From a bacterium (GTDB lineage Bacteria; SAR324; NAC60-12): a stretch of DNA of 64,000 nucleotides. Shown here one piece after another: positions 39,276-48,851 of the stretch. The stretch is taken from the NCBI GenBank assembly GCA_965205865.1, contig CBDBHR010000029.1:192001-256000 (forward strand). Direction: 5' to 3'. The number at the start of each line of letters is the position of its first letter. Within the stretch, counting starts at the first letter, position 1. Under the pieces are notes generated by a model. The model was not told the DNA's origin. It made no database searches and saw only the letters and a list, made by a program, of their open reading frames with translations. The position numbers were made by a program, and so were the translations under genes.

Positions 39276-41060
39276 ATGAAAAATTTCATTGAAGATTCCT
39301 TTTCCACATTGAACTCGCTCTGGGCGATATTGATCATCGAGGAGCTTTTCCGTTGTGGAGTAGAGCACTTTTGTATATGTTCCGGTTCACGTTCCACCCC
39401 TCTCACCCTGGCCGCCGCCGCTCATCTTGGGGTGAAAACCACGGTACATTTCGACGAACGTGGCATGGCTTATTATGCCTTGGGTTATGCCAAGGCCGAT
39501 CGAAGCCGATTGGCCGCAGTGATTACAACTTCAGGAACCGCGGTATCCAATCTTTTTCCTGCAACCGTGGAAGCGTTTCAGTCCAGTCTGCCTTTGTTAT
39601 TATTGACCGCAGATCGCCCGCCTGAATTACTCGACACGGGAGCCAATCAAACCATCGACCAAAGCAAGATATTTACAGGATATCTTCGTTGGCACGCCAG
39701 TCTCCCATGTCCTGACCTTCGAATTGAGCCTTCCACGCTTCTGACAACCGTGGATCAAGCAGTCTACAAGTGCCGTGAAAGACCCGGTGGTCCGGTCCAT
39801 CTCAATTGTATGTTTCGTGAACCTTTCCTCTCCGAAGAACGGTGTACGTATGTGGATTATTTAAGTCCGATCCAGCATTGGAGCGCCACGCGAACACCTT
39901 TTACAAGTTACCTGAAAAGCCAATCAATGCTGCCACTCGAGGATTGTGTTCGCTTTGCGCAGAAAAAAATCAATCTCAAAAAAGGAATCATCATAACGGG
40001 TGCCTTGCAATCACTCGAAGAAAGTGAAGAGGTTCTCAGTCTGGCAAAAGTCCTCAACTGGCCGATATTTGCGGACATCAGCTCTCACATGCGCATGTTC
40101 AAGGATCCTCGATTGATTACTTATTATGACTTGATGCTATTCAATCCAAACGTGCAATCCATGTTGCGGAATGCGCAGTGTTTTTTACAATTTGGCGTCC
40201 ATTTGACATCAAAACGATTGCTCATGTTTTTAGCGGAAAATCGCAATCAGGATTTAATTCTAGTGGCAGATACTCCTGCTCGTCATGACCCGTCTCACCG
40301 GGTTTCGATGCGTATTGAAAGCAATATTTCCCATTTTTGCCAAAGTCTGCTCGAGTTCATTTCTCCTCTGAAAGAAGATACAGTACCTATTTGGTGGCAT
40401 CCTCTCAAGACAAATTCAAAACAAATGGAAATGGAGATGGATGGTTATTTTTCCAAAGACGCTCAACTGACGGAACCCTCAGTAGCCTGTTTTATTTCGG
40501 AATGCGTTCCTCGAGGCAGTCAATTGTTTTTGGGAAACAGCATGCCTATCCGCTTGATGGATATGTTTGCCACTACGCGTTCCTTCTTGACGGAAGTCCG
40601 CGCTAATCGCGGAGCGAGCGGCATTGATGGCGTTGTTGCTTCGGCTGCAGGTTACGCAACTGCCGGTCGTAAACCAACCACATTATTAATTGGGGATCTC
40701 TCTTTGCTCCATGATATGAATTCGTTGTATCTCGTCCGGAAGACAAAAAACCCCTTGGTAATTGTCGTCCTCAATAACAATGGCGGAGGAATTTTCAGCA
40801 TGCTTCCCATCGCGCAACAAAAAGAATTCTATGAAAAATACTTCCGCACCCCACACCATCTGGACTTCAAGGAACTTGCCCGGTTTTTTAAAATTGCTTA
40901 TGAGGCGCCTCTGACAATTCATGCGTTGCGAAAAGCCTATCTCTCGGCAATTGTCAAAAACCAAACCACCCTGATCGAAGTGCAAACCGACTTCACTCAA
41001 ACCAATCGTGTCATTCACTTTTTTAATGAGAAGCTGAAGCAGCAGGTTTTCGAGGGATAA
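39276..41060 (+). CDS. menD: SEPHCHC synthase
   Basis: GSRSTPL, HFDERG, TTSGTAV.N, LTADRP, GANQTIDQ, GNSMPIR, NRGASGIDG, GDLS.LHD.NS, NNNGGGIF. Confidence 0.96.
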   Translation: MKNFIEDSFSTLNSLWAILIIEELFRCGVEHFCICSGSRSTPLTLAAAAHLGVKTTVHFDERGMAYYALGYAKADRSRLAAVITTSGTAVSNLFPATVEAFQSSLPLLLLTADRPPELLDTGANQTIDQSKIFTGYLRWHASLPCPDLRIEPSTLLTTVDQAVYKCRERPGGPVHLNCMFREPFLSEERCTYVDYLSPIQHWSATRTPFTSYLKSQSMLPLEDCVRFAQKKINLKKGIIITGALQSLEESEEVLSLAKVLNWPIFADISSHMRMFKDPRLITYYDLMLFNPNVQSMLRNAQCFLQFGVHLTSKRLLMFLAENRNQDLILVADTPARHDPSHRVSMRIESNISHFCQSLLEFISPLKEDTVPIWWHPLKTNSKQMEMEMDGYFSKDAQLTEPSVACFISECVPRGSQLFLGNSMPIRLMDMFATTRSFLTEVRANRGASGIDGVVASAAGYATAGRKPTTLLIGDLSLLHDMNSLYLVRKTKNPLVIVVLNNNGGGIFSMLPIAQQKEFYEKYFRTPHHLDFKELARFFKIAYEAPLTIHALRKAYLSAIVKNQTTLIEVQTDFTQTNRVIHFFNEKLKQQVFEG

Positions 41061-41080
41061 AGCCGCAAGTTTGGGAGAAA

Positions 41081-42874
41081 TTACAATCCCGATTCTTTCA
41101 ACAATGCCGCATATCGTTTGGAATCCTGCAAAAGTCGGGTCGCATGTCTATTGATCAATTCGGCTCTTCGCGTGGGATCTTCAATGGATGCGAGGGCCCC
41201 CCAAATGGCGGCCAGACTTTCGGTGAATTGGCGCATTTTCTCCGCGAATTCCTGCTGGATAAGTCCTTCTGCCAATTTGTGAAATGTGTCGGCAACCTCG
41301 CGCGGCAAAGACACTGTCGTCGTCGCTTGGGGGGTCGCAAAAGAGGATTCTGTTTTCACTCCTGATTGGGCCAATTCTTCTTCCAGGACCACAATTTTTG
41401 CGCGGAGGTAAGTGTATTCCAGATTATCCAAGAGCGCAGTAATGTCCGATGCGGATCTCGTCCCCCCGATCCATGCGCGAAAGTCTCCTGGCGTCCCCGG
41501 AAATGGATTGACGTAGCGAGCGACATCCAATCCGCTTTCATGGTCGCCATTGGGATGGCTGATTCCTTCAAATCCCAGTAATTGTTTCGTTTTCGCGATG
41601 ATTCTGGCATGTATGTCGGGATTCGTGATATCCGGGTCGTTCACTTTTAGCAAAGTGACTGCCGCCCCACGACGGGATTCATCAGAGACTCCCCATTCAA
41701 AGAGAGGATGAGCCGCAACCCATTCATTCACTTTCCGGCGATTTATCATAGAACGTTGGTTCAGATTGCTCACATTCCCGATGCGTTTTTCCATCTGTAA
41801 CAATCCAAAAGTGGTCTCTGCAAAGGCAGTGTTACTGAAAGTGTTGATGATTCCTCCCAACATTCTATCTTGTACGGCATCGTAAATGGGACCCAGTTCC
41901 GTCGTCTGTTTCCCGGAAAGTGGCATTTGGGGATTTTCGGGGACTGCGATTTTAAGATGTCGAGGAATCGCCCAGCCCGGATTTTTCATATTCTGTTCCA
42001 CTAACTGCAAAGCAACAGGGGTGAAGGAGGCAACAAAATAGCCTGGGATCCCTCCCACTGCTTTCTGAAAGGGCATGAAAATACAACACTTGTCCATGAT
42101 CAGTTGTCCCAACTCTTCAGGCCAGGGCATCGCACCCACCATGGATGTTCCGTCTATTACTGCATGATGCTTCTCAGGATTCTGATCAATCCATGCCAAC
42201 AAGTTTCCGATATCCTGGTCCGAGTAAGTGGTCGCTCCGGTGGTTTCATGACCAACTCCCATGAATAATTGAATGCCCTGGAGCTGCAATTGATGGGGAG
42301 TTGGGATCTGGCCTTCTGTTGCGCTGAAATGCAGCCGGTTTTCTTCCCCTCTTGTAGAAAATCGTAGAAGTTCGATCAGCTGCGCCCCCCAGGACTGACG
42401 AAAAAACCCACCCTGTCGGGCAACTGCAGATTCGGGTCTGGGAGTATCCACAAAGATTCGTTGGAGGGAGTTGTCGGGATGGATTAAATGTAAAATGCAA
42501 ATCGTAAAGCCATTGTGCCCTCCTCCCAGTCCAACAGCCATCCGGTTTTGTTTGGGAAATCGAAAATACCGGTGGATTTCCCGCATCATATCCAGCACCA
42601 CTTTATCCCCCGGATAGCCACGATGCATGCCACGATCGAGTTCCCCCTTCGTGATGGGGCCCACGTCCTGTTTACTATCACTGATTTTGCGGTAATTTTT
42701 CTCCAGCCATCTCTGGAACTCGAATCCCTGGAAACGCCGTTCGGCTTCATCGGCCGTCATATCGGTTATGGGACCCACCCCGAAAAAAGGATTCGACGTC
42801 GGGGAAGGAGGACCCGCAGCGGTTGACTTCACTGATGCTTCCAGTAGATTTTTCAACTTTTCAATCCGATCCAT
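41081..42874 (-). CDS. Divergent fold-type I PLP-dependent protein (class V / SerC-like) with C-terminal helical extension
   Basis: GLGGGHNGF, VGHETTGAT, VIDGTSMVG (PLP Asp), MPFQKAVGG (Schiff-base Lys). Confidence 0.65.
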   Translation of the reverse strand: MDRIEKLKNLLEASVKSTAAGPPSPTSNPFFGVGPITDMTADEAERRFQGFEFQRWLEKNYRKISDSKQDVGPITKGELDRGMHRGYPGDKVVLDMMREIHRYFRFPKQNRMAVGLGGGHNGFTICILHLIHPDNSLQRIFVDTPRPESAVARQGGFFRQSWGAQLIELLRFSTRGEENRLHFSATEGQIPTPHQLQLQGIQLFMGVGHETTGATTYSDQDIGNLLAWIDQNPEKHHAVIDGTSMVGAMPWPEELGQLIMDKCCIFMPFQKAVGGIPGYFVASFTPVALQLVEQNMKNPGWAIPRHLKIAVPENPQMPLSGKQTTELGPIYDAVQDRMLGGIINTFSNTAFAETTFGLLQMEKRIGNVSNLNQRSMINRRKVNEWVAAHPLFEWGVSDESRRGAAVTLLKVNDPDITNPDIHARIIAKTKQLLGFEGISHPNGDHESGLDVARYVNPFPGTPGDFRAWIGGTRSASDITALLDNLEYTYLRAKIVVLEEELAQSGVKTESSFATPQATTTVSLPREVADTFHKLAEGLIQQEFAEKMRQFTESLAAIWGALASIEDPTRRAELINRHATRLLQDSKRYAALLKESGL

Positions 42875-43345
42875 CTTTTATTTTTTTCTCCTGTAAAATG
42901 AAAATTTCCGTTCCTTTTCGCTACTGAAAATACCCAGCCCTTTCAGCATACCGGTTTGCCGGTTTCGAGAATTAGTGATTAACCCGCAAGCGATTTCAAA
43001 TCTTCTTCCAGGGCAACTTGTTGTTCGGTGGTTAGAGCAGTTCCGGTGGAAAGTTGCTCATGTTTACATCGCAGGGCGATGGGAATTCTACCTTCCGTAT
43101 TGCTTACCGGTCCGCACCTCGCTTGCTCCGGTTTTTTAAAAAAAAAGAAGGTTTTTTCGAGACAGTAATAATATGAATGCTGCCCAATAGTAATTTTTAT
43201 ATTGGTATCTTTCAAAAAGATGGATTAAAAATAGTGCCTGCCAAAAAAAAATTCAAGCTTACAATAAGGTCTTTTTTGGCATTTCTTTTGAATTGGAGCG
43301 TTCCTTTGTTTGAAATAATGGGAAATTCAACATAATTGAGCAGTG

Positions 43346-44764
43346 ATGGATCTCTTTGATCATGTAATTGAAACACCTGCTGCCAAGAGAATCCCTTTGG
43401 CAGCTCGTCTGCGTCCGAGGACCTTGAGTGAGTTTGTAGGGCAAAATGCTATCATTGGCCCTGGCCGGCTACTGCGCAGGGCAATTGAAAGTGACCGGCT
43501 TTTTTCCTCCATCATCCTCTGGGGACCTCCGGGCACTGGAAAAACGACCCTGGCTCAGATTATTGCCAATACCACACGCTCTCATTTTCAATTGATCAGC
43601 GCTGTTCTTTCAGGAAAAGCGGATTTGCGGAAAGTGATTGAAGAGGCAGAGGAACAATACAAGTTCCATGCCCTGCGCACGCTCTTGTTTGTCGATGAAG
43701 TACACCGGTGGAACAAAGCCCAGCAAGATGCCCTCCTGCCTCATGTGGAAGAAGGCACGATTACTTTCTTTGGAGCCACCACCGAAAATCCCTACTTTGA
43801 AGTCAATGCCGCCTTGGTTTCCCGTTCCAGAATTTTTCAACTCAATAGTCTCAGTGAGCAGGAAGTGACACAAATTCTTCTGCGCGCACTCTCCGATGCG
43901 GAACGTGGTTATGGGCAAAGAAAGATCCGCATTGAGCAAGAGGCGTTGGAGCATCTGGTCCGGGTTGCCGGAGGAGATGCGCGCAATGCCTTGAATGCGC
44001 TGGAACTGGCAGTCGAATCCACACCAACCCGGCAGAACGGGCTTGTCCATATCGATCTGGAAGTGGCCCAGGAATCCATTCAGCAGCGGGCCTTGCTCTA
44101 CGACAAGGATGGGGATGCGCATTACGACACCATCAGCGCCTTTATTAAATCGATCAGGGGCTCCGACCCGGATGCCGCTTTGTATTGGTTGGCCAAGATG
44201 ATCTATGCCGGAGAAAGCCCCCGTTTTATCTTGCGACGGTTGTTGATCCTTGCCGGGGAGGACGTGGGATTGGCCTCTCCAATGGGTCTGGTGGTTACCA
44301 ATGCGGCGGCTCAAAGTTTCGAATATGTAGGCCTGCCCGAAGGAATTTATCCCATCGTGGAAGCCACTCTTTATCTGGCCACTGCCCCCAAATCCAATAG
44401 TACCGGCGCGTATTTCACCGCCTATGCTCAAATCGAAAAAGAAGGGCGAGTCGGCGTTCCCGATCACTTAAAAGATGCCAACCGGGACGGAAAAGCACTG
44501 GGACATGGAGAAAATTACATTTACCCTCACGACTTCCCACAGCATCATACCGGTCAGCAATACCTACCGGACAAATTGACAGGGACTTATTTCTACAAAC
44601 CAAGCAGTGAAGGACATGAAGACGCCATAAAAAAGCGCCTTCTCCGTTGGCGCAAAGCTCAGGAAAAAGCCCTGGGAATCGCAGAAACCCAAACACTCCC
44701 GGAACTCTCCGACCCCCAAATCAAGGGAATCAAACAAAAAATGTCCAAACAAGAACCGAGATAA
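43346..44764 (+). CDS. rarA: Replication-associated recombination protein A (AAA+)
   Basis: PLAARLRP, LWGPPGTGKTT, DEVHRWNKAQQD, GATTENP, HYDTISAFIKSIRGSDPDA, EDVGLA. Confidence 0.96.
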   Translation: MDLFDHVIETPAAKRIPLAARLRPRTLSEFVGQNAIIGPGRLLRRAIESDRLFSSIILWGPPGTGKTTLAQIIANTTRSHFQLISAVLSGKADLRKVIEEAEEQYKFHALRTLLFVDEVHRWNKAQQDALLPHVEEGTITFFGATTENPYFEVNAALVSRSRIFQLNSLSEQEVTQILLRALSDAERGYGQRKIRIEQEALEHLVRVAGGDARNALNALELAVESTPTRQNGLVHIDLEVAQESIQQRALLYDKDGDAHYDTISAFIKSIRGSDPDAALYWLAKMIYAGESPRFILRRLLILAGEDVGLASPMGLVVTNAAAQSFEYVGLPEGIYPIVEATLYLATAPKSNSTGAYFTAYAQIEKEGRVGVPDHLKDANRDGKALGHGENYIYPHDFPQHHTGQQYLPDKLTGTYFYKPSSEGHEDAIKKRLLRWRKAQEKALGIAETQTLPELSDPQIKGIKQKMSKQEPR

Positions 44765-45089
44765 ATAATTGAGAACCTGCTGAAAATAATTTTTTCATCC
44801 AGTTGACCGGGTTTTTTTCTGTTATTTTGAATAATTAATAATTTCAATGATTTGCCATATAAAACCCACTCTGGGATCCGGGAACTACATAACATGACAT
44901 GCCCCTGGATTCGTGGTCAATCCGGAATAGTGGAAAGGATCGTTGCACGAAGCGCTACTTTCAGGAGAGAGATGGAATCCTGTGGGGGATCTTTAGAGAA
45001 ATTGCATTTTTCACTTTGCAGAGCTAAGCCATTGTGGTAAACATTTCTGTAGCCTATTGACTCACTTTAAATGAGAAAGGAAGAAAGAG

Positions 45090-46475
45090 ATGAGATCAAC
45101 TGTTTCGAACAAAGCCTGTTTTGACGAACTGCGAACACTCTTGGACGAACGATTTTCCACCTCTCACAACGTACGGGAATACCATGGAAAAGACGAATCG
45201 TTTCACACGCCCTTTCCTCCGGAGGCTGTGGTTTTTGCCCATTCCAACGAGGAAGTGAGTGAAACAGTGAGAATTTGCCATCGTTATAAAACGCCCGTTA
45301 TCCCTTTTGGAACGGGAACCTCGTTGGAGGGACATGTGGCGGCGTTGCAAGGAGGGGTTTGCATTGATCTTTCAGAAATGAATCAGGTTCTGCAGGTCAA
45401 CAACGAAGACTTGGATTGCCGTGTACAAGCGGGTGTCACACGTAAACAACTCAACCATGCCTTGCGGGACACGGGCTTGTTCTTCCCAGTGGACCCAGGG
45501 GCAGATGCCTCCCTGGGTGGTATGGTTTCCACGCGAGCATCCGGCACCAATGCCGTTCGATATGGAACGATGAGGGAAAATCTCCTCGGCTTGACCGTGG
45601 TTCTGTCGAATGGACAAATCATCCACACCGGTAATCGGGCCCGCAAATCTGCTGCCGGCTACGACCTGACCCATTTATTTTGCGGTTCCGAAGGAACACT
45701 GGGGGTGATCACCGAGATCCAGCTTCGCCTTTATGGTATCCCGGATGCCATCACTTCGGCTGTTTGTTCGTTTCCTTCTTTGGAAGACGCAGTCAATACG
45801 GTCATCCCAACCATACAATTGGGAATCCCAGTAGCGCGTATTGAACTGCTGGATGAGATTCAGATGGACGCGGTCAATCAGTTTTCGGACTTGGATTACC
45901 CCGCGCAACCCACCCTCTTTTTTGAATTTCACGGCACTGAGCAATCTGCCGCGGAGCAGGCCGAGATGGTTGGAGAAATTGCATGTGAACACGGAGGCAG
46001 TGATTTCCGATGGACCCGGAAGCAGGAAGAACGTAACAATCTCTGGCAGGCCCGTCACGATGCCTATTATGCGGCATTGGCCCTCAAACCTGGAGCCAAG
46101 GGATGGACCACTGATGTTTGCGTCCCCATCTCCCGTCTGGCCGAATGTATCCTGGAAACTAAAAAGGATGTGGAAGCCAGCGGACTGCTTGCCCCCTTGG
46201 TCGGACATGTGGGGGATGGAAATTTTCACATGATATTCCTGGTGGAACCCGACTCTGGGACAGAGACGGAGAAAGCCCATTTTCTCAGTCACCGTATGGT
46301 GATGCGAGCGTTAAAAATGGGAGGTACCTGTACAGGCGAGCACGGTATCGGCTACGGCAAGCTCCAATACATGGAGAGTGAACATGGGGACGCGCTTCCA
46401 GTAATGGCAAGCATCAAAAAGGCATTGGATCCCCACAATCTAATGAATCCCGGAAAAATGATTCCTGTTGCGTAA
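45090..46475 (+). CDS. FAD-linked D-lactate dehydrogenase (GlcD/DLD1 family)
   Basis: GTGTSLEG, FPVDPGADASLGG, RKSAAGYDL, GSEGTLG, TDVCVPIS, GHVGDGNFH, GEHGIG, NPGK. Confidence 0.92.
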   Translation: MRSTVSNKACFDELRTLLDERFSTSHNVREYHGKDESFHTPFPPEAVVFAHSNEEVSETVRICHRYKTPVIPFGTGTSLEGHVAALQGGVCIDLSEMNQVLQVNNEDLDCRVQAGVTRKQLNHALRDTGLFFPVDPGADASLGGMVSTRASGTNAVRYGTMRENLLGLTVVLSNGQIIHTGNRARKSAAGYDLTHLFCGSEGTLGVITEIQLRLYGIPDAITSAVCSFPSLEDAVNTVIPTIQLGIPVARIELLDEIQMDAVNQFSDLDYPAQPTLFFEFHGTEQSAAEQAEMVGEIACEHGGSDFRWTRKQEERNNLWQARHDAYYAALALKPGAKGWTTDVCVPISRLAECILETKKDVEASGLLAPLVGHVGDGNFHMIFLVEPDSGTETEKAHFLSHRMVMRALKMGGTCTGEHGIGYGKLQYMESEHGDALPVMASIKKALDPHNLMNPGKMIPVA

Positions 46476-46541
46476 CGGGATTGAGGGTTCGGAAAAATGC
46501 TGACTTCTTTATTCAACGTAGCTATTCGGGTTTCTTCAAAA

Positions 46542-46875
46542 ACCCCTTCGATTTTGGCACGCATTTTTCGTAGCATAAAATTCAGAAAGGATTTTATGCT
46601 CTCGAAACTCAGATCCGCCCCCGCATTAACCGTTGATTTGCCCGAACGTAAGGTGATTTCCAAGAATGAATTTACCAGGATTGCGCCGGATTTTATTGGA
46701 GTTTCAAGGCATCGCAAAAGGCACATAGCTCGCTATGTAACTGGAGCGATAACACTGAAGATGCAATAAAAGACAAGTCAGATGGTATATTCATTTCAGG
46801 AAATCGCCTTAATGAGTTGCCATATTCTAAATCTAAAAAGGCCTGATAAACATTGGCAGAGGGAGTAATAATCTT
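46542..46875 (+). repeat. 334-bp direct repeat, copy 1 (copy 2 at 48970-49303)
   Basis: Near-identical to 48970-49303 with a handful of substitutions; contains a hairpin repeat, a MITE and an AT-rich tail. Confidence 0.95.
46649..46811. mobile_element. 163-bp MITE-like element with ~29-bp imperfect TIRs and TA ends
   Basis: TAAGGTGATTTCCAAGAATGAATTTACCA ... TGGTATATTCATTTCAGGAAATCGCCTTA; interior folds as nested stems. Confidence 0.75.
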
Positions 46876-46909
46876 TATTTCCAAGGTCTGATATTGCTTG
46901 AAAAAAATA

Positions 46910-46940
46910 TTGACCTCTTTATATCGCTGTAATATAAAGA
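46910..46940 (+). promoter_or_regulatory. Sigma70-like promoter with overlapping palindromic operator
   Basis: TTGACC-17bp-TATAAA; TCTTTATAT-N7-ATATAAAGA inverted repeat covers the spacer and -10 box. Confidence 0.5.
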
Positions 46941-47166
46941 TCTTCATTAAATTTAACAGAATACACTCATGAATGAATGAGTCGCCAATTTTAAAAAAAT
47001 TTTGATAAACATTTGCATAGCGATTTTATAATATTTTATTCCAGGGATGAAAGGACAATAATGCGATCCTTCGTATTGCTCAGGATGACATGAAAGTCTG
47101 AAATTAACCTGTTTCAAGTATAAGAGAATCTTGACAATAAGGTAGCTATGAGAGTAAATTCAAAAA

Positions 47167-47285
47167 CTCAATTCTCAATTCTCAATTCTCAATTCTCAAT
47201 TCTCAATTCTCAATTCTCAATTCTCAATTCTCAATTCTCAATTCTCAATTCTCAATTCTCAATTCCCAATTCCCAATTCCCAATT
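47167..47285 (+). repeat. Heptamer tandem repeat (CTCAATT)14(CCCAATT)3
   Basis: Counted directly; degenerate units continue to about 47306. Confidence 0.95.
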
Positions 47286-47350
47286 TCTAAGTTCCCAGTC
47301 CCAAGTTCTATCCCTGGTACACTGTGGCGAAAGTCCGTACACACCCTCTG

Positions 47351-47418
47351 TGTCATTCCCGAGAAGGCGGGAATCCAGGGTATCGAAACGGACCCTGGAT
47401 TCCGGGTCTTCGCGGGGG
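47351..47418. repeat. GTCA...TGAC-type REP-like palindrome, right end truncated
   Basis: TGTCATTCCCGAGAAGGCGGGAATCCAGGG-tatcgaaacgga-CCCTGGATTCCGGGTCTTCGCGGG. Confidence 0.75.
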
Positions 47419-47790
47419 ACCTTGTACTTTTCCGACTGGAGCGGGGTCCACTACCACGAGGAGAACCTCGAAATCGAGGAGGTCATGGAGACTCCGGAGG
47501 TGGGGCCCGGCGACCTACTGCTGCTGCGCGTCAACACCATCCACGCGACGCAGACGACCGAGGATCGGCGCCTGGCGGTTTCGCTGCGCACCTGCGATCC
47601 GGCGACGCCAATCGACTGGCATCGAGTGGCCGGTAGTCCCACACCCCGTATGATGCAGTATCTCGGCGGCATGAAGGGGAACCCAGCTCCCAACAAGTTG
47701 TTTTTCCCGGTCTTTCAACACACCCGGGAAAACGACTTCGGCATCACTTTGGGTGACATCGTGCCGACACTGACTGGCGAGCGCGAGTAG
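47414..47790 (+). pseudogene. 5'-truncated duplicate of the PhyH-like gene (matches 52594-52970)
   Basis: 377 bp near-identical to 52594-52970; the few substitutions seen cluster near the 3' end. Confidence 0.92.
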
Positions 47791-47847
47791 CCGAAAATCC
47801 GGGGAGCAATCATGTCTACGCAAGATAACGCTAACAAAAACGAGCAA

Positions 47848-47895
47848 CTGGCTGAGGCTTCTCTGAGCTTCCTGGGATTCGGTCTGCCCGTCGAG
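47848..47895 (+). pseudogene. Short internal dppC fragment
   Basis: Translates LAEASLSFLGFGLPVE, the conserved DppC motif. Confidence 0.7.
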
Positions 47896-47897
47896 TT

Positions 47898-48239
47898 TTA
47901 CAAATGAATCTTAAAATCTTGATAGGTAATGGGGGTTCTTTTCAGGATTGCATGGCGTTCTTCATGGGTCAAAATCCCTGTAAAGGGACTGGAGGAACGA
48001 AGATGCATCGAGTTTTCATCAGTCCCTACCAAAATTGCCATGATCTTTTGACGAGGCTCAGAGTTTAAAAGGGTTTCCCATTCCAAGAGAGGGAGCGAAA
48101 GTTCCCCATTTCTGGCTACTTTCCACCGTTTAAGGTTTTTTAACGGAATCTGCCAAAGGCGACGATCGTTTTCCAATTTTTTGACAATCGCTTTCCCAAA
48201 TTCGATCGACCGTTGATTTAATTGTTCTTGGGCATTCAT
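47898..48239 (-). CDS. Small helical partner of the DUF6036 nucleotidyltransferase (putative antitoxin)
   Basis: RS.....AI..KL..D, NL.RW, EW..LL, LRSSSPF.GIL...ER..I pattern; 9 bp downstream of the NTase gene. Confidence 0.7.
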   Translation of the reverse strand: MNAQEQLNQRSIEFGKAIVKKLENDRRLWQIPLKNLKRWKVARNGELSLPLLEWETLLNSEPRQKIMAILVGTDENSMHLRSSSPFTGILTHEERHAILKRTPITYQDFKIHL

Positions 48240-48248
48240 CAGACAAAC

Positions 48249-48851
48249 CTAACTCGACTTTGAATTCCTGGAAAATCCCTGGTCAATTCTATCTTTAAGA
48301 ATAGTTCGTAACATTTCGGAAATTTCTTTAAATTCTATCATATTCCATCTTGCTAAAAGCGTCTCTTGATTGATCAATTCCGCCTTAATCATGGCTCTAA
48401 AAAAATTCAGATCTTTTTCTCTTCCGGCAGTCAGTTTCGCAATCATCAAATCATGAATTTCCAGACAGTAAGCAGTGATGCCTTTCGTGTTTGCGTTGCA
48501 TACCTTAATCAACCGTTTGTCCCAATCTTTTGGTAAAGTGGCAGTCGTGATATCTACACCATCGGCAAAATAGCCAAAGGTATCATGAAAGTCCGACATT
48601 TCCCCAATGGTGCCATTCACCAGATTGGTTTTTTGTGTATCGTTGGGGATAAAAAGATCGACTTCCATCGATCCCACTACCGCTGTGACATCAGCAGTAT
48701 CTAAGTTGTGAGATAATTCAAGTTGTTTCAGTTTTTTCTCAATATTCGGGAATTGCGCATGAATGGCTTGAGTGCCAATCACGATAATCTCTTCAACATC
48801 AGCAATTTCACCTGCTGCCCGTATAATATGTTCGAACTCATCCTTTTTCAT
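48249..48851 (-). CDS. DUF6036-family nucleotidyltransferase (putative toxin)
   Basis: EHIIRAA, IIVIGTQAI, SMEVD (G[ST] plus ExD Pol-beta motif), IGE.S.FH.TFGY.ADGV, LP.DW..RL, HDL..AKL.AGREKD. Confidence 0.8.
   Translation of the reverse strand: MKKDEFEHIIRAAGEIADVEEIIVIGTQAIHAQFPNIEKKLKQLELSHNLDTADVTAVVGSMEVDLFIPNDTQKTNLVNGTIGEMSDFHDTFGYFADGVDITTATLPKDWDKRLIKVCNANTKGITAYCLEIHDLMIAKLTAGREKDLNFFRAMIKAELINQETLLARWNMIEFKEISEMLRTILKDRIDQGFSRNSKSS

Noticed and set aside
42979-43215. 78-aa hypothetical ORF
   Set aside because: TTG start, AT-rich, no motif; could be real but is unsupported
46951-46978. dif-like site (XerD-arm match TTCTGTTAAAT on the - strand)
   Set aside because: The XerC arm and spacing fit poorly, and the context is AT-rich, so a chance match is likely
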